This document shows positions 1-7,533 of a DNA stretch of 34,407 bases, in pieces. Location: positions 1-34,407 of IMG/VR virus record IMGVR_UViG_3300023245_000055; one strand, written 5' to 3'. The translations under genes and the position numbers were made by a program. The DNA is from a virus (lineage: Duplodnaviria; Caudoviricetes). The notes under the pieces are model-generated. The model worked only from the letters and a program-made list of their open reading frames with translations, made no database searches and was not told the origin of the DNA. Every line of letters begins with the position of its first letter. The stretch's first letter is position 1.

Positions 1-486
1 CTCTTTCACAGTCATAAGATTCACCAGCTTATAGTCGTTGTACTCAAGGATAGCATTGTAGTACATATTCCAATGCTCACCCTGCTGGTGTTCGTATGGG
101 CCACCATTGTGGCAGTGACCGTGTATGTTAGGCCTACCGTACAGCTCCATAGGATGCACAGGCATGTGCGTAATCCAGAAGCCCTTGTATGCCCAGGCCC
201 CTTGAACTGCGTCGAACACAGCGTGATACTGGTCCTGCTGGAGTTTGTCATGGTTACCACGTACCAGGATCTTAGTACCTGGTAGTGAATCAATCATCTC
301 CATCCCTTCAACAGTGAAGGACATGTCACCTACACAGATGAGTGTGTCCCTCTTGGTCAGGTAAGATCGAGCCATCTCTACGATGTGATGGTCATGGTGG
401 TGGTCACTATCGAACCCAGTGCGGAACTTATTACTGATTCCGTTGTGGCCTAGGTGCCAGTCAGATGTAACGTAGATGTTACCCAT
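1..486 (-). CDS. Calcineurin-like metallophosphoesterase (runs off window start; absent from ORF track)
   Basis: Hand translation from ATG 486: MGNIYVTSDWHLGH...VGDMSF...LVRGNHD...ITHMP...NIHGHCH, giving the DxH, GD, GNHD, H and GHxH motifs; GGAGAGG RBS upstream. Confidence 0.9.
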   Translation of the reverse strand, partial: MGNIYVTSDWHLGHNGISNKFRTGFDSDHHHDHHIVEMARSYLTKRDTLICVGDMSFTVEGMEMIDSLPGTKILVRGNHDKLQQDQYHAVFDAVQGAWAYKGFWITHMPVHPMELYGRPNIHGHCHNGGPYEHQQGEHWNMYYNAILEYNDYKLVNLMTVKE

Positions 487-598
487 GTTGAACCCTCTCC
501 CTGGTTAGTCTTTTTAGTAGGTAAAGCCATAGAGCTAGAGCAGCTAAGGCTTCCCAATAATATTGGTAACTGAATACCGCATTAATAAATTCTTCCAT
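479..598 (-). CDS. Small 39-aa membrane peptide
   Basis: MEEFINAVFSYQYYWEALAALALWLYLLKRLTRERVQHG; start coupled to the upstream stop (TAATG) and stop overlaps the next gene. Confidence 0.6.
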   Translation of the reverse strand: MEEFINAVFSYQYYWEALAALALWLYLLKRLTRERVQHG

Positions 599-1371
599 TA
601 CATCTCTCGTTGTATATAACAAGTCTCGCATCGTCCCTCTCGTGATAGCAGATCAATATAGTTACCTGCCTCTCTACAGTTACGACACTTATCAAGTAGT
701 GGTACTGGCTTAGCCACCCCATCTACATCAATCATTAGTACCTCCCATGTGCGGTTAAGGTTATCCACACACCAGGTCTCTCCTCCGTTCATACGCTTGA
801 CACGTACGCCCTCAACATCCCGCTCGTTGCGGTTGCTATTAGAGTGACCAACTACCTGCTTAAGGCCAGGTACGGGGATCATCTCAGCTGTGAAGTCATT
901 CCAGTACAAGCCACCTGCGTAGGCGTACCCACCCCGTGACGTACCGATCTGTAGGAAGTTACCTCCCTCCAAGTACTCCTCAACTGTGATCTGCTCACTA
1001 TCAAGTAGCTCCTGATCCACACCTGCGTGTGTGATAAGGTACTCACCTACCCAATGAAAAGCCTTAAGTGTATCCCACATCCGTTGCTGGAGGTGAGTCA
1101 CTAGTGTTGCTGTATGCTGATTGTACCCACTACAGCGCATCTCAAGCACCATATAGGACATCTCATGGTTACCCCTTAGGGCTACCACTCTGTCGGGTTC
1201 CGCTTCAGCAGCGTCCAGCACCATCCTTAGACAGGCTACCTGATTCTCAGGCCCTTGACTAAAGGAATCTAGGTAATCACCTACGAACACGACGTTGCAG
1301 GGGCTAGCTAGTGCAGCCTCTACTGTCGGGATGTGCCCGTGGATGTCACCTACTACGATGGTTTTCTCCAT
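598..1371 (-). CDS. Metallophosphoesterase (Ser/Thr phosphatase-like) with C-terminal CxxC...CxxC
   Basis: GDIHG, GDYLD, GNHE, THAG and GHS motifs; tail CRNC...CETC; GGAGG RBS. Confidence 0.92.
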   Translation of the reverse strand: MEKTIVVGDIHGHIPTVEAALASPCNVVFVGDYLDSFSQGPENQVACLRMVLDAAEAEPDRVVALRGNHEMSYMVLEMRCSGYNQHTATLVTHLQQRMWDTLKAFHWVGEYLITHAGVDQELLDSEQITVEEYLEGGNFLQIGTSRGGYAYAGGLYWNDFTAEMIPVPGLKQVVGHSNSNRNERDVEGVRVKRMNGGETWCVDNLNRTWEVLMIDVDGVAKPVPLLDKCRNCREAGNYIDLLSREGRCETCYIQREM

Positions 1372-1386
1372 AAAAATTTCCTCCAG

Positions 1387-1423
1387 AAAAATGGAAAGTA
1401 AGGGTGCCCGTGCGAGAGCACCC
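1387..1423 (-). terminator. Putative intrinsic terminator
   Basis: - strand GGGTGCTC-TCGCAC-GGGCACCC followed by TTACTTTCCATTTTT. Confidence 0.5.
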
Positions 1424-1434
1424 CACCTAGAGCG

Positions 1435-1548
1435 TTACATCCCAGCTGCTACGAGCAGCATAAGGAAGCTCCATTGCAAGGCTACAGTAGTAGCCACATC
1501 GTACCCTGAATTAACGAGGGCTTTAATATCTGTCTTAGTTGTGTTCAT
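1435..1548 (-). CDS. Small 37-aa hydrophobic peptide
   Basis: MNTTKTDIKALVNSGYDVATTVALQWSFLMLLVAAGM; ATGA overlap with the upstream stop. Confidence 0.55.
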   Translation of the reverse strand: MNTTKTDIKALVNSGYDVATTVALQWSFLMLLVAAGM

Positions 1549-1730
1549 GCTAGGGCCAGTCCATTACTTGACGTAATGTCCAGGATAGCAATGACTCGAC
1601 CATCATTGAGGGTGATCGAGTCTACTCCAACAACAGCATACGCATCAGCGCTGCCGCCTTCAAACATAGCATCCAGCCATGCGTCTTGAGGGAGCTTCTC
1701 AAGCTCAGTGATTAGATCACTTACTACCAT
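1545..1730 (-). CDS. Hypothetical protein (61 aa)
   Basis: Start moved to ATG 1730 (MVVSDLITELEKLPQDA), which has a GGAGAG RBS; the N-terminus 'V.dLI.eL.k.P.da' is common in small phage proteins. Confidence 0.7.
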   Translation of the reverse strand: MVVSDLITELEKLPQDAWLDAMFEGGSADAYAVVGVDSITLNDGRVIAILDITSSNGLALA

Positions 1731-1756
1731 GCTACTCTCCGGCTGGTGGTTACAAT

Positions 1757-1860
1757 GACAATGCACTGTACTCAGAACCAACCCATACTGCCTACTCCCC
1801 TCAAAGAAGGAAGCGCCCTATGACATCATCATAGGTTGGCCCTGAGTACAATGCACTGTC
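1757..1860 (-). ncRNA. ~30-bp RNA hairpin (RNase III-type site or small RNA)
   Basis: GACAGTGCATTGTACTCAGGGCCAACCTAT pairs with ATGGGTTGGTTCTGAGTACAGTGCATTGTC; the 5 non-Watson-Crick positions are all G:U on the - strand. Confidence 0.7.
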
Positions 1861-1904
1861 GCACTACATAGTACCTAGGCCGTAGGCCAAGCGTTACTAC
1901 ATTG

Positions 1905-2051
1905 TCATAGGTGGCAACGTATTCGCTTGAATAAACCTCGTATGGTGTACTGTCGGCGTATCCACTCTGGAGCTATGCCAACTAATATTACCAACGAGAT
2001 CAAAGCAGCTTGGATGATATGTGCCTGTTGTGCAGGCTCCAATCCAAACAT
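1905..2051 (-). CDS. Small membrane protein (48 aa)
   Basis: AAGGAG RBS before ATG 2051; hydrophobic segment IIQAALISLVILVGIA followed by a basic tail. Confidence 0.6.
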   Translation of the reverse strand: MFGLEPAQQAHIIQAALISLVILVGIAPEWIRRQYTIRGLFKRIRCHL

Positions 2052-2115
2052 AAGCATCTCCTTGTTGTGGTGATTAGACAATTCTTTTTCATCATCGTTC
2101 CACCGGCATCCCGGC

Positions 2116-2170
2116 TGCGCCTCACGTGGTTGGATTCGAACCAACATACTGTCCCATCTTGCACGTGGCG
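2116..2170 (-). ncRNA. tRNA-like minihelix (acceptor-like stem + T-arm, no anticodon arm)
   Basis: CGC-CACGTG, 16-nt GG-containing linker, GTTGG-TTCGAAT-CCAAC (2129-2145), CACGTG-AG-GCG. Confidence 0.5.
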
Positions 2171-2209
2171 GTAAGTACCCTAGTTACGGTAGGGTGTAGC
2201 ACGAGGAAG

Positions 2210-2401
2210 CTACCTACGCGACTCGTGTGTGTCATCAGGTGTCGTCTCAGACTCGGGTAAGGAGGACACTGAACTCTCCTTTCCTGCCCGTTGCCCACTC
2301 ATACACACTCGAACGATGATGTATATACACAAGCCTATTACTAAGCCTGCGAATTCAGTGATGGTGTACTCGTCCATATTAAATCGGGTCTTCGTCGTCA
2401 T
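2210..2401 (-). CDS. Small single-TM protein
   Basis: 63-aa ORF with hydrophobic FAGLVIGLCIYIIVRV. Confidence 0.55.
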   Translation of the reverse strand: MTTKTRFNMDEYTITEFAGLVIGLCIYIIVRVCMSGQRAGKESSVSSLPESETTPDDTHESRR

Positions 2402-2432
2402 GTAATATTATCATGATTGATCCTCCTTCCTA

Positions 2433-2807
2433 CTAGGTAGGGGTAATGTTAAACAAAGGTTTGGGTGGTGTCGGAGGATCCTTATCCTTTTTCTTCTTAC
2501 CTTGCAGTTTAGTATCCTTCTTCAGCCGCACAGGTTCGATGCGGTGGCTCCACTTGTCCCGTCGAGCGGGACCAATTCCATCGCCACGTTCGAGGAGGTA
2601 CTCCTTGATCTTCTTGATCCGTTCCTCCTCTTCCGGTATAGCTGCTGTCAACAGCGATTGCTCCTGTCGAAGCGCAGTCAACCGGTTCTTCAACTTGTTC
2701 AGGTAGTCTTCTTCACTCCGATTGAAGCTCCAAATCCACCAGCGGAGGAGCTTGCGCTTCTCCCGTATTAATAAGCCGCTTGATACGGCTAGACGATATA
2801 GACTCAT
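2433..2807 (-). CDS. Hypothetical basic coiled-coil protein
   Basis: 124 aa, AGGAG RBS, heptad-like centre, Lys/Pro-rich tail. Confidence 0.75.
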   Translation of the reverse strand: MSLYRLAVSSGLLIREKRKLLRWWIWSFNRSEEDYLNKLKNRLTALRQEQSLLTAAIPEEEERIKKIKEYLLERGDGIGPARRDKWSHRIEPVRLKKDTKLQGKKKKDKDPPTPPKPLFNITPT

Positions 2808-2914
2808 AGGTTTCTCCTGTATTGATCGTCAAGTTAATTGATAATTCATGTGCCCCGTACTACGTGTGCAGTACCAATCTAAGGCGGGTTAATATTGCGT
2901 TACTTATACTCTGT

Positions 2915-2972
2915 CAATTACTGTGGGTTCGAACCACGACCGCTTTGCAGGGCAGTCACATCCAAGTAACAG
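2915..2972 (-). ncRNA. D-armless tRNA-like element with a Cys-like (GCA) loop
   Basis: CTGTTACT/AGTAATTG acceptor-like stem; TGGATGT in place of the D-arm; GACTGC-CCTGCAAA-GCGGTC arm; GTGG-TTCGAAC-CCAC T-arm. Confidence 0.5.
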
Positions 2973-3021
2973 TTCTTTATTTGTTCACGGTGGAAGCTGA
3001 TTCTCACCGGCCTGTCCCATA

Positions 3022-3126
3022 ACGATAGGGGTTGGACTCGAACCAACACGGCTTACCAACATGACATGCACAAACTTTGCTCACGCTGTACCACACCTTG
3101 TACTTACCACTAATCATAGGTATCGC
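3022..3126 (-). ncRNA. tRNA-like element (atypical)
   Basis: T-arm GTTGG-TTCGAGT-CCAAC (3031-3047); GCGATA/TATCGT possible acceptor stem; AGTGGTAA D-loop-like segment; no clean anticodon arm. Confidence 0.45.
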
Positions 3127-3352
3127 GCCCGACCTTACGCTATTCACACGCTCGGTTACTAGTTCCAATGGTGTTCTGAATCCTAGTGCTACGGTACGTA
3201 CTCACTATCTCCGCTGCAAACAACCCGCCACAATTTATAGCCAGCTTACCCGTGCCACATGCACATTGTAGATAAGCAAGGGAGGGAAGAAACATTAGCC
3301 TCACCTGGTTGAGAGCCAGTGTACGACACTACCTGTCACCGTGACCCGAACG

Positions 3353-3429
3353 TCATCCGGCAGGGTATTGAACCCTGAGGTTGATAGTAACTTCTCGTTG
3401 TGTTGTGTGTAACTAGGCTACCCAACTGA
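3353..3429 (-). ncRNA. tRNA-like element (atypical)
   Basis: TCAGTTGG/CCGGATGA stem; TAGCCTAGTT D-arm-like start; T-arm CAGGG-TTCAATA-CCCTG (3361-3377). Confidence 0.45.
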
Positions 3430-3430
3430 A

Positions 3431-3508
3431 TAGGTAGGCTGGAATTGAACCAGCGCCCACACCTGTCAGGGTGTGATTGTTCCCACTGTGTGTACAAATT
3501 TCTACTCT
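3431..3508 (-). ncRNA. tRNA-like element (atypical, GAC-containing loop)
   Basis: T-arm GCTGG-TTCAATT-CCAGC (3438-3454); CACACC-CTGACA-GGTGTG arm with a 6-nt loop; AGTGGGA D-loop-like segment; imperfect acceptor stem. Confidence 0.45.
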
Positions 3509-3510
3509 GG

Positions 3511-3845
3511 TACAAGAGCGGTACTCACTAGGCTTGGACACCTTAGTGCATACTCTTTGTCAACGACGACGTGATAACATTCCAGCTATCAGTTATGACT
3601 GCGACAGTCACTATTATTGATTGATCAACCCAGCGCAGGGAGCACTACGTGCTATGCCTGGTGTTATTTACTCATACAGTACGCCAACTACAGTCGGTGC
3701 AGACTGATGTACAATCGCTGCTTGGTACGTACTGGGCTACAGTCGCCGTAGAATTTGTTACGGTCGCTGCAATCCAGAGTTAACTCTCAATCAATCTCAA
3801 TCAATCGAATGTTTCAAACCATAGGTATCTCGAATCAATTGTGGG
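3511..3845 (-). ncRNA. Densely structured ncRNA candidate upstream of the tRNA-like array
   Basis: Long-range ATTGATTGA/TCAATCAAT pairing encloses several hairpins (TTGCAG-CGA-CCGTA/TACGG-CGA-CTGTAG; CAGTACG/CGTACTG); TGACTG/CAGTCA and TGATAGC/GTTATCA hairpins follow; no - strand ORF in the track. Confidence 0.5.
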
Positions 3846-3849
3846 ATGC

Positions 3850-5112
3850 TCAGTATCCGATCCCTGTACGTCGGTACCTCCGGACCAACTCGGCTTGGGG
3901 GATTGTATCGTCACAAGGCACCGCTACCTTGGACCGAGGGCTGATATTGTTTCCCTCGAAGTTATTGACAGCATCCATCAGTTCATATCGTGTACGCTTT
4001 GCAGCGTGACGAACGGTCGGGTTCATGCCGACGAGCTTGCGGCCCTTCTGATAGACATCCCATGTCCAGGCACCAATGGCTGCTATCTGCGATGCTGTTG
4101 TCACAGCAGGCGGTACAGCGAGCTCCTTAGATACCTTCTGCACGTGAGCAAACCCTGGGGTATGCGCCTTCGGTCGAGCTGCTGCTCGATGAATGATAGC
4201 CTTCTTGCGATAGGCCATCTCACCCTGTGTGTAGGGTGCCGAGGTAAGAGGCGGGTCGGCTAACCGTGCGGCTGCTGCTCCCTTCAACTCTATCTCACGT
4301 GCTCGCATCTCCCTTGACCAAGCCTTGAACTGTGTGTTCTCCGACCGTGGGCCACAGTACTCCATGTACTCGAAGCCAGGGATGATCATGCCTCGCTTGC
4401 TCTCGTAACGAGCCAGCTTAACATCAATGCGAGGTTTGTCGTGGTGCTTCATGCACTCTGCTTCCCGTCGGAAGTACTCACGACAGAGGATTTCACTAGC
4501 CTCTACGAGGTCCATCCCGTATGCATCGGCGAGCTGTTCAACTATACCGACATCTTCGTCGGGCATCACAGCAGCTAGTATATCCAAGGTTGCTTCGGGC
4601 ACCATCTCACTGGGAGTGAGCGTGCTTTCTTTCCCGATTCGTGTTGGCTCGTAGTTACTGGCCCTAACGACCTGAGTAACTGGCTTCGGAGCAGGTAAGA
4701 CCTGGACCTCATCTTGCACCTCCGGGAAGGGAAGTTGCTCGGCTTCATTGCCGGGCTGAGATACAGGGACTACCTTACTCTGCTCCTTAGCCTTACGTGC
4801 ATCCGCCATAGGTATCACGTTGCTCTGTACTGCTGGAGCTATCACACTATCGGGGGTTGCGATCACACCTTGACGGTGGAGAACGTGCTGATTTAACTCA
4901 AGCGCATTCAATCGCAGGTTGATGCTGTTTAAGGCATCACTCAGTTTAGTGGTGTCATAGTTAGCGTGGTATAACCCACTCTCTCTATCCCGTACTATCG
5001 CATTACGTGCAGTCGGAGTCCTTACGTCCTCGTGCTTACGCTGTGATTTCTGGTGACGTCCACTGACTGAGGTCTTATGTAAGTCAGTGACTATCATAAG
5101 CTTCTCCTTCAT
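3850..5112 (-). CDS. Hypothetical protein (420 aa)
   Basis: Longest ORF of the left arm; short coiled coil, Pro/Gln-rich linker, basic C-terminal half; no family recognised. Confidence 0.85.
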   Translation of the reverse strand: MKEKLMIVTDLHKTSVSGRHQKSQRKHEDVRTPTARNAIVRDRESGLYHANYDTTKLSDALNSINLRLNALELNQHVLHRQGVIATPDSVIAPAVQSNVIPMADARKAKEQSKVVPVSQPGNEAEQLPFPEVQDEVQVLPAPKPVTQVVRASNYEPTRIGKESTLTPSEMVPEATLDILAAVMPDEDVGIVEQLADAYGMDLVEASEILCREYFRREAECMKHHDKPRIDVKLARYESKRGMIIPGFEYMEYCGPRSENTQFKAWSREMRAREIELKGAAAARLADPPLTSAPYTQGEMAYRKKAIIHRAAARPKAHTPGFAHVQKVSKELAVPPAVTTASQIAAIGAWTWDVYQKGRKLVGMNPTVRHAAKRTRYELMDAVNNFEGNNISPRSKVAVPCDDTIPQAELVRRYRRTGIGY

Positions 5113-5134
5113 TGTGGTTTAAATTAAGCCCGGA

Positions 5135-5146
5135 TAGTCCGGACTA
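5135..5146. promoter_or_regulatory. TAGTCCGGACTA palindrome copy 1
   Basis: Perfect 12-bp palindrome 23 bp upstream of the ATG at 5112. Confidence 0.6.
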
Positions 5147-5322
5147 CTCATCGAACTGACACATTAATCCTTATCGTAACGAGGTGTGTCTCGCATGGTT
5201 ACTGAGCAACCCACCTATCTACAACTACGTTCACCAGAGGCTACCGCAGTTAGGTATCGACAGGCTTGGCATGTTCACACATACATAGCTACCAATGTTA
5301 CAGATCGTGCCACCGACACAGG

Positions 5323-5505
5323 TTACTGTGCCGTATCAGCTACCAGACAAACGCTGGTAGTAGCATCCACGGGGACGCAAGCATCGCCTAAGAAGGCGAC
5401 CAAGTAATCGAGTCCGGCATGAGAGCCGAACACAAGCATCACGACCACGAGCAGTATTACTACATACCGGGGTGCTGATGCGAGCATAGCTGATATTAAA
5501 TTCAT
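5323..5505 (-). CDS. Small membrane/exported protein
   Basis: AAGGAG RBS; hydrophobic YVVILLVVVMLVFG; Cys pair near the C-terminus. Confidence 0.7.
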   Translation of the reverse strand: MNLISAMLASAPRYVVILLVVVMLVFGSHAGLDYLVAFLGDACVPVDATTSVCLVADTAQ

Positions 5506-5534
5506 GCTATTTCTCCTTGGGTTGGTGAGTGTAT

Positions 5535-5618
5535 CTCAATGCACAGGGACGCGGCCCTGTCGGACGCTCACACATTCCAACCTATCACCTTATGTCAAGG
5601 TTGGTACGTCACATTGAG
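5535..5618 (-). ncRNA. Multibranch RNA structure in the leader of 5323..5505
   Basis: CTCAATGT/GCATTGAG closing stem; inner GACGT/GCGTC, CCAACCT/AGGTTGG and ACAGGG/CCCTGT stems. Confidence 0.45.
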
Positions 5619-5720
5619 GTGACATGCTAGAGTCTAGCGCACTGTATCTCGTGCTGCTCTGCATTGATGTACCCAACCGAAGCTGGGCACAGCAATGAAG
5701 ATCAGTCCATTATGTATACC

Positions 5721-6188
5721 CTACAGGGGCGTACTATAGTGCTGATGTTTCAGTTTAGCCCACTGTTCTGTCATGGCACGACAGTCGTAAGCCTCGGCCT
5801 GCTCAAGCCAGCGGCGACCATCTACATGGGCTATCAGGTAACCCTTGAGTACCAGCACCTCAGCGGTGAAGTCGATAGCTCCTAGCTGCTCCACCTCCTC
5901 GGCGAGAGGGTATAGGAATAGCATCAGCCCACTACCACGAGCCTTTAAATCCTCAGCCACTATCGGGGGTATACCCCTCTGGTCCAAAGACATCAGCTGT
6001 TCGTGGAGGATTGAGTACGATGCTACGCAGTACATTCCGGGATACACTGGCGATGTTTCCGGGACGATCAACACGTCGATTAACGGTGGGTGATGAAGCT
6101 CGTCCGCCCGAAGTGGGGGCGCAACGAGGGCACCACAAATAACGATGATGATGACAGCCATTCGTAAGGGAAAGATTAGAGAGAACAT
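5721..6188 (-). CDS. Putative exported protein
   Basis: 155 aa; signal-peptide-like N-terminus ending ...PPLRA; GGAG RBS. Confidence 0.7.
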   Translation of the reverse strand: MFSLIFPLRMAVIIIVICGALVAPPLRADELHHPPLIDVLIVPETSPVYPGMYCVASYSILHEQLMSLDQRGIPPIVAEDLKARGSGLMLFLYPLAEEVEQLGAIDFTAEVLVLKGYLIAHVDGRRWLEQAEAYDCRAMTEQWAKLKHQHYSTPL

Positions 6189-6194
6189 ACATGA

Positions 6195-6413
6195 TTACTC
6201 CTGAGTAATTAAGGGGGTTGGGTTCGGTCCACAATACATCATCCTCATGATGTGCCACGTGGACTCCACTACTACGGAGTGTATGGTGTCTCCATCGTAC
6301 AGGAAGTGATTGGTATCCAGGTATATCTGAGCTGCTAACCAGCACTCGGCTTTGGCTTCGTCCTCTGATAACAAGAATTGTTTCGGCTCCCATGCTTTAA
6401 ATGTATTCACCAC
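6195..6413 (-). CDS. Hypothetical protein (72 aa)
   Basis: GTG start with GGAG RBS; packs tightly against the next gene. Confidence 0.6.
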   Translation of the reverse strand: MVNTFKAWEPKQFLLSEDEAKAECWLAAQIYLDTNHFLYDGDTIHSVVVESTWHIMRMMYCGPNPTPLITQE

Positions 6414-6434
6414 GCCACTCCGTACCGGCTTGAG

Positions 6435-6448
6435 GTAGTCCGGACTAC
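6435..6448. promoter_or_regulatory. GTAGTCCGGACTAC palindrome copy 2
   Basis: Perfect 14-bp palindrome; the 12-bp core starts 23 bp upstream of the start at 6413. Confidence 0.6.
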
Positions 6449-6465
6449 TTGAGTTTAGATTACAG

Positions 6466-6633
6466 TTACCCTACCATGCGAGCCACGGCATCTAAGATAC
6501 CAGCCAGCCCGCCAAAGATAACCACCATCAGCACCAAAGCCGTCCACTCCCCGCCTTTTGGGAAGGGAGTGCGGCTCGGTTTGCGCTGATCTACAACAGG
6601 CCGCTTACGAAGGTCGTCACCTGGGGTGCCCAT
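6466..6633 (-). CDS. Small C-terminally anchored membrane protein (55 aa)
   Basis: MGTPGDDLRKRPVVDQRKPSRTPFPKGGEWTALVLMVVIFGGLAGILDAVARMVG; hand-translated. Confidence 0.5.
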   Translation of the reverse strand: MGTPGDDLRKRPVVDQRKPSRTPFPKGGEWTALVLMVVIFGGLAGILDAVARMVG

Positions 6634-6728
6634 TCGATTACCTTCATTGTTCCGGCCATTGATAGTAAGCCAATGACAGTGCCGATAACGACTCTGCCAA
6701 CGCCACCACTGAATGAACTAAAGAACAT
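6591..6728 (-). CDS. Small membrane peptide (45 aa)
   Basis: MFFSSFSGGVGRVVIGTVIGLLSMAGTMKVIEWAPQVTTFVSGLL; the leader AGGAGAAACCT is identical to that before ATG 2807. Confidence 0.65.
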   Translation of the reverse strand: MFFSSFSGGVGRVVIGTVIGLLSMAGTMKVIEWAPQVTTFVSGLL

Positions 6729-6737
6729 AGGTTTCTC

Positions 6738-6836
6738 CTAAAAGATTGAGTGAAGATAGATAGCACCTACCAGCCCAAAGAGGAATGCTCCCCAAAGGAC
6801 TGGCACGTACCACCATGAACTACGCTGATTGGACAT
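6738..6836 (-). CDS. Small membrane peptide (32 aa)
   Basis: MSNQRSSWWYVPVLWGAFLFGLVGAIYLHSIF with GGAG RBS; the longer track ORF (to 6950) overlaps the upstream gene. Confidence 0.55.
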   Translation of the reverse strand: MSNQRSSWWYVPVLWGAFLFGLVGAIYLHSIF

Positions 6837-7533
6837 GGATGACTCCAGACTGTGGGCGCTGGCCCTGCTCGCTAAGAGCACGCTGTGCATCCTTCGTGAA
6901 CTGCTTGATAAGCCGAGCACGAGGCATCTCAGGTAGCTTGGACAGCGCAACCACTAGGGCACGCATGTCCTCAGGCATCAGGACGTTGGTCTTTGCATCC
7001 AACACCAGACCCTGCTCCAAGGCTTCGGCCATTGTAATTTCCGGGCTAGCATCCCGGTCCTTACGTGGGCCAGCATAACGACGTGTGCTATCACGCTGCT
7101 CCTTGGTGCTCTGAACAGTGACGACCTCATCACTGATCGTGGGTGCTGCCTCATCCTGGTCAGGGACTACAACAACAACTTCCGATTCTTCTGGGGCAGC
7201 AGCCTGCTTGTTGGCCTCACCCTTAGCATTCTTCATGGCATGGTACGACTTGATCCGAGTGAAGTCTAACCCGGCCTTGAAGCCGCCCTTGATATCCGAC
7301 TTGGCTTGGATATACTTACGGGGCAGCTCCTTGATCTTCATCTGTCCTGCTTCATCGGACAAGTAGAAGTCTTCCGCCTCCTCACATCGGCGTATGAATT
7401 CCACCTGATCTTTGCATCGCTTGGCTAGCTTGAACAGGTCACTTGCTGCACCCTGCTGCTTACGTTCAGCTACAATGAATGCACCCAGTACACCCTTGTG
7501 GGTGAGGTGCGCTAATCTACCTTGCTGACTCAT
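6820..7533 (-). CDS. Hypothetical helical protein (237 aa)
   Basis: Start MSQQ at 7533 with GGAGGT RBS and ATGA coupling to the upstream gene. Confidence 0.8.
   Translation of the reverse strand: MSQQGRLAHLTHKGVLGAFIVAERKQQGAASDLFKLAKRCKDQVEFIRRCEEAEDFYLSDEAGQMKIKELPRKYIQAKSDIKGGFKAGLDFTRIKSYHAMKNAKGEANKQAAAPEESEVVVVVPDQDEAAPTISDEVVTVQSTKEQRDSTRRYAGPRKDRDASPEITMAEALEQGLVLDAKTNVLMPEDMRALVVALSKLPEMPRARLIKQFTKDAQRALSEQGQRPQSGVIHVQSA

Noticed and set aside
21-293. Track ORFs 21..293 (-) and 73..285 (+)
   Set aside because: Both are shadow frames of the phosphoesterase running from 486 to the window edge.
761-769. DnaA box TTATCCACA
   Set aside because: Single copy inside a coding region; expected by chance.
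2116-3508. Canonical tRNA genes or tmRNA
   Set aside because: None has a full 7-bp acceptor stem plus D-arm plus 5-bp/7-nt anticodon arm; no tmRNA-type Ala ends. Reported as tRNA-like only.
2822-4263. + strand ORFs 2822..3022, 3077..3271, 3755..4009 and 3841..4263
   Set aside because: Opposite to local transcription, non-ATG starts without clear RBS, and they overlap structured RNA or the 420-aa gene.
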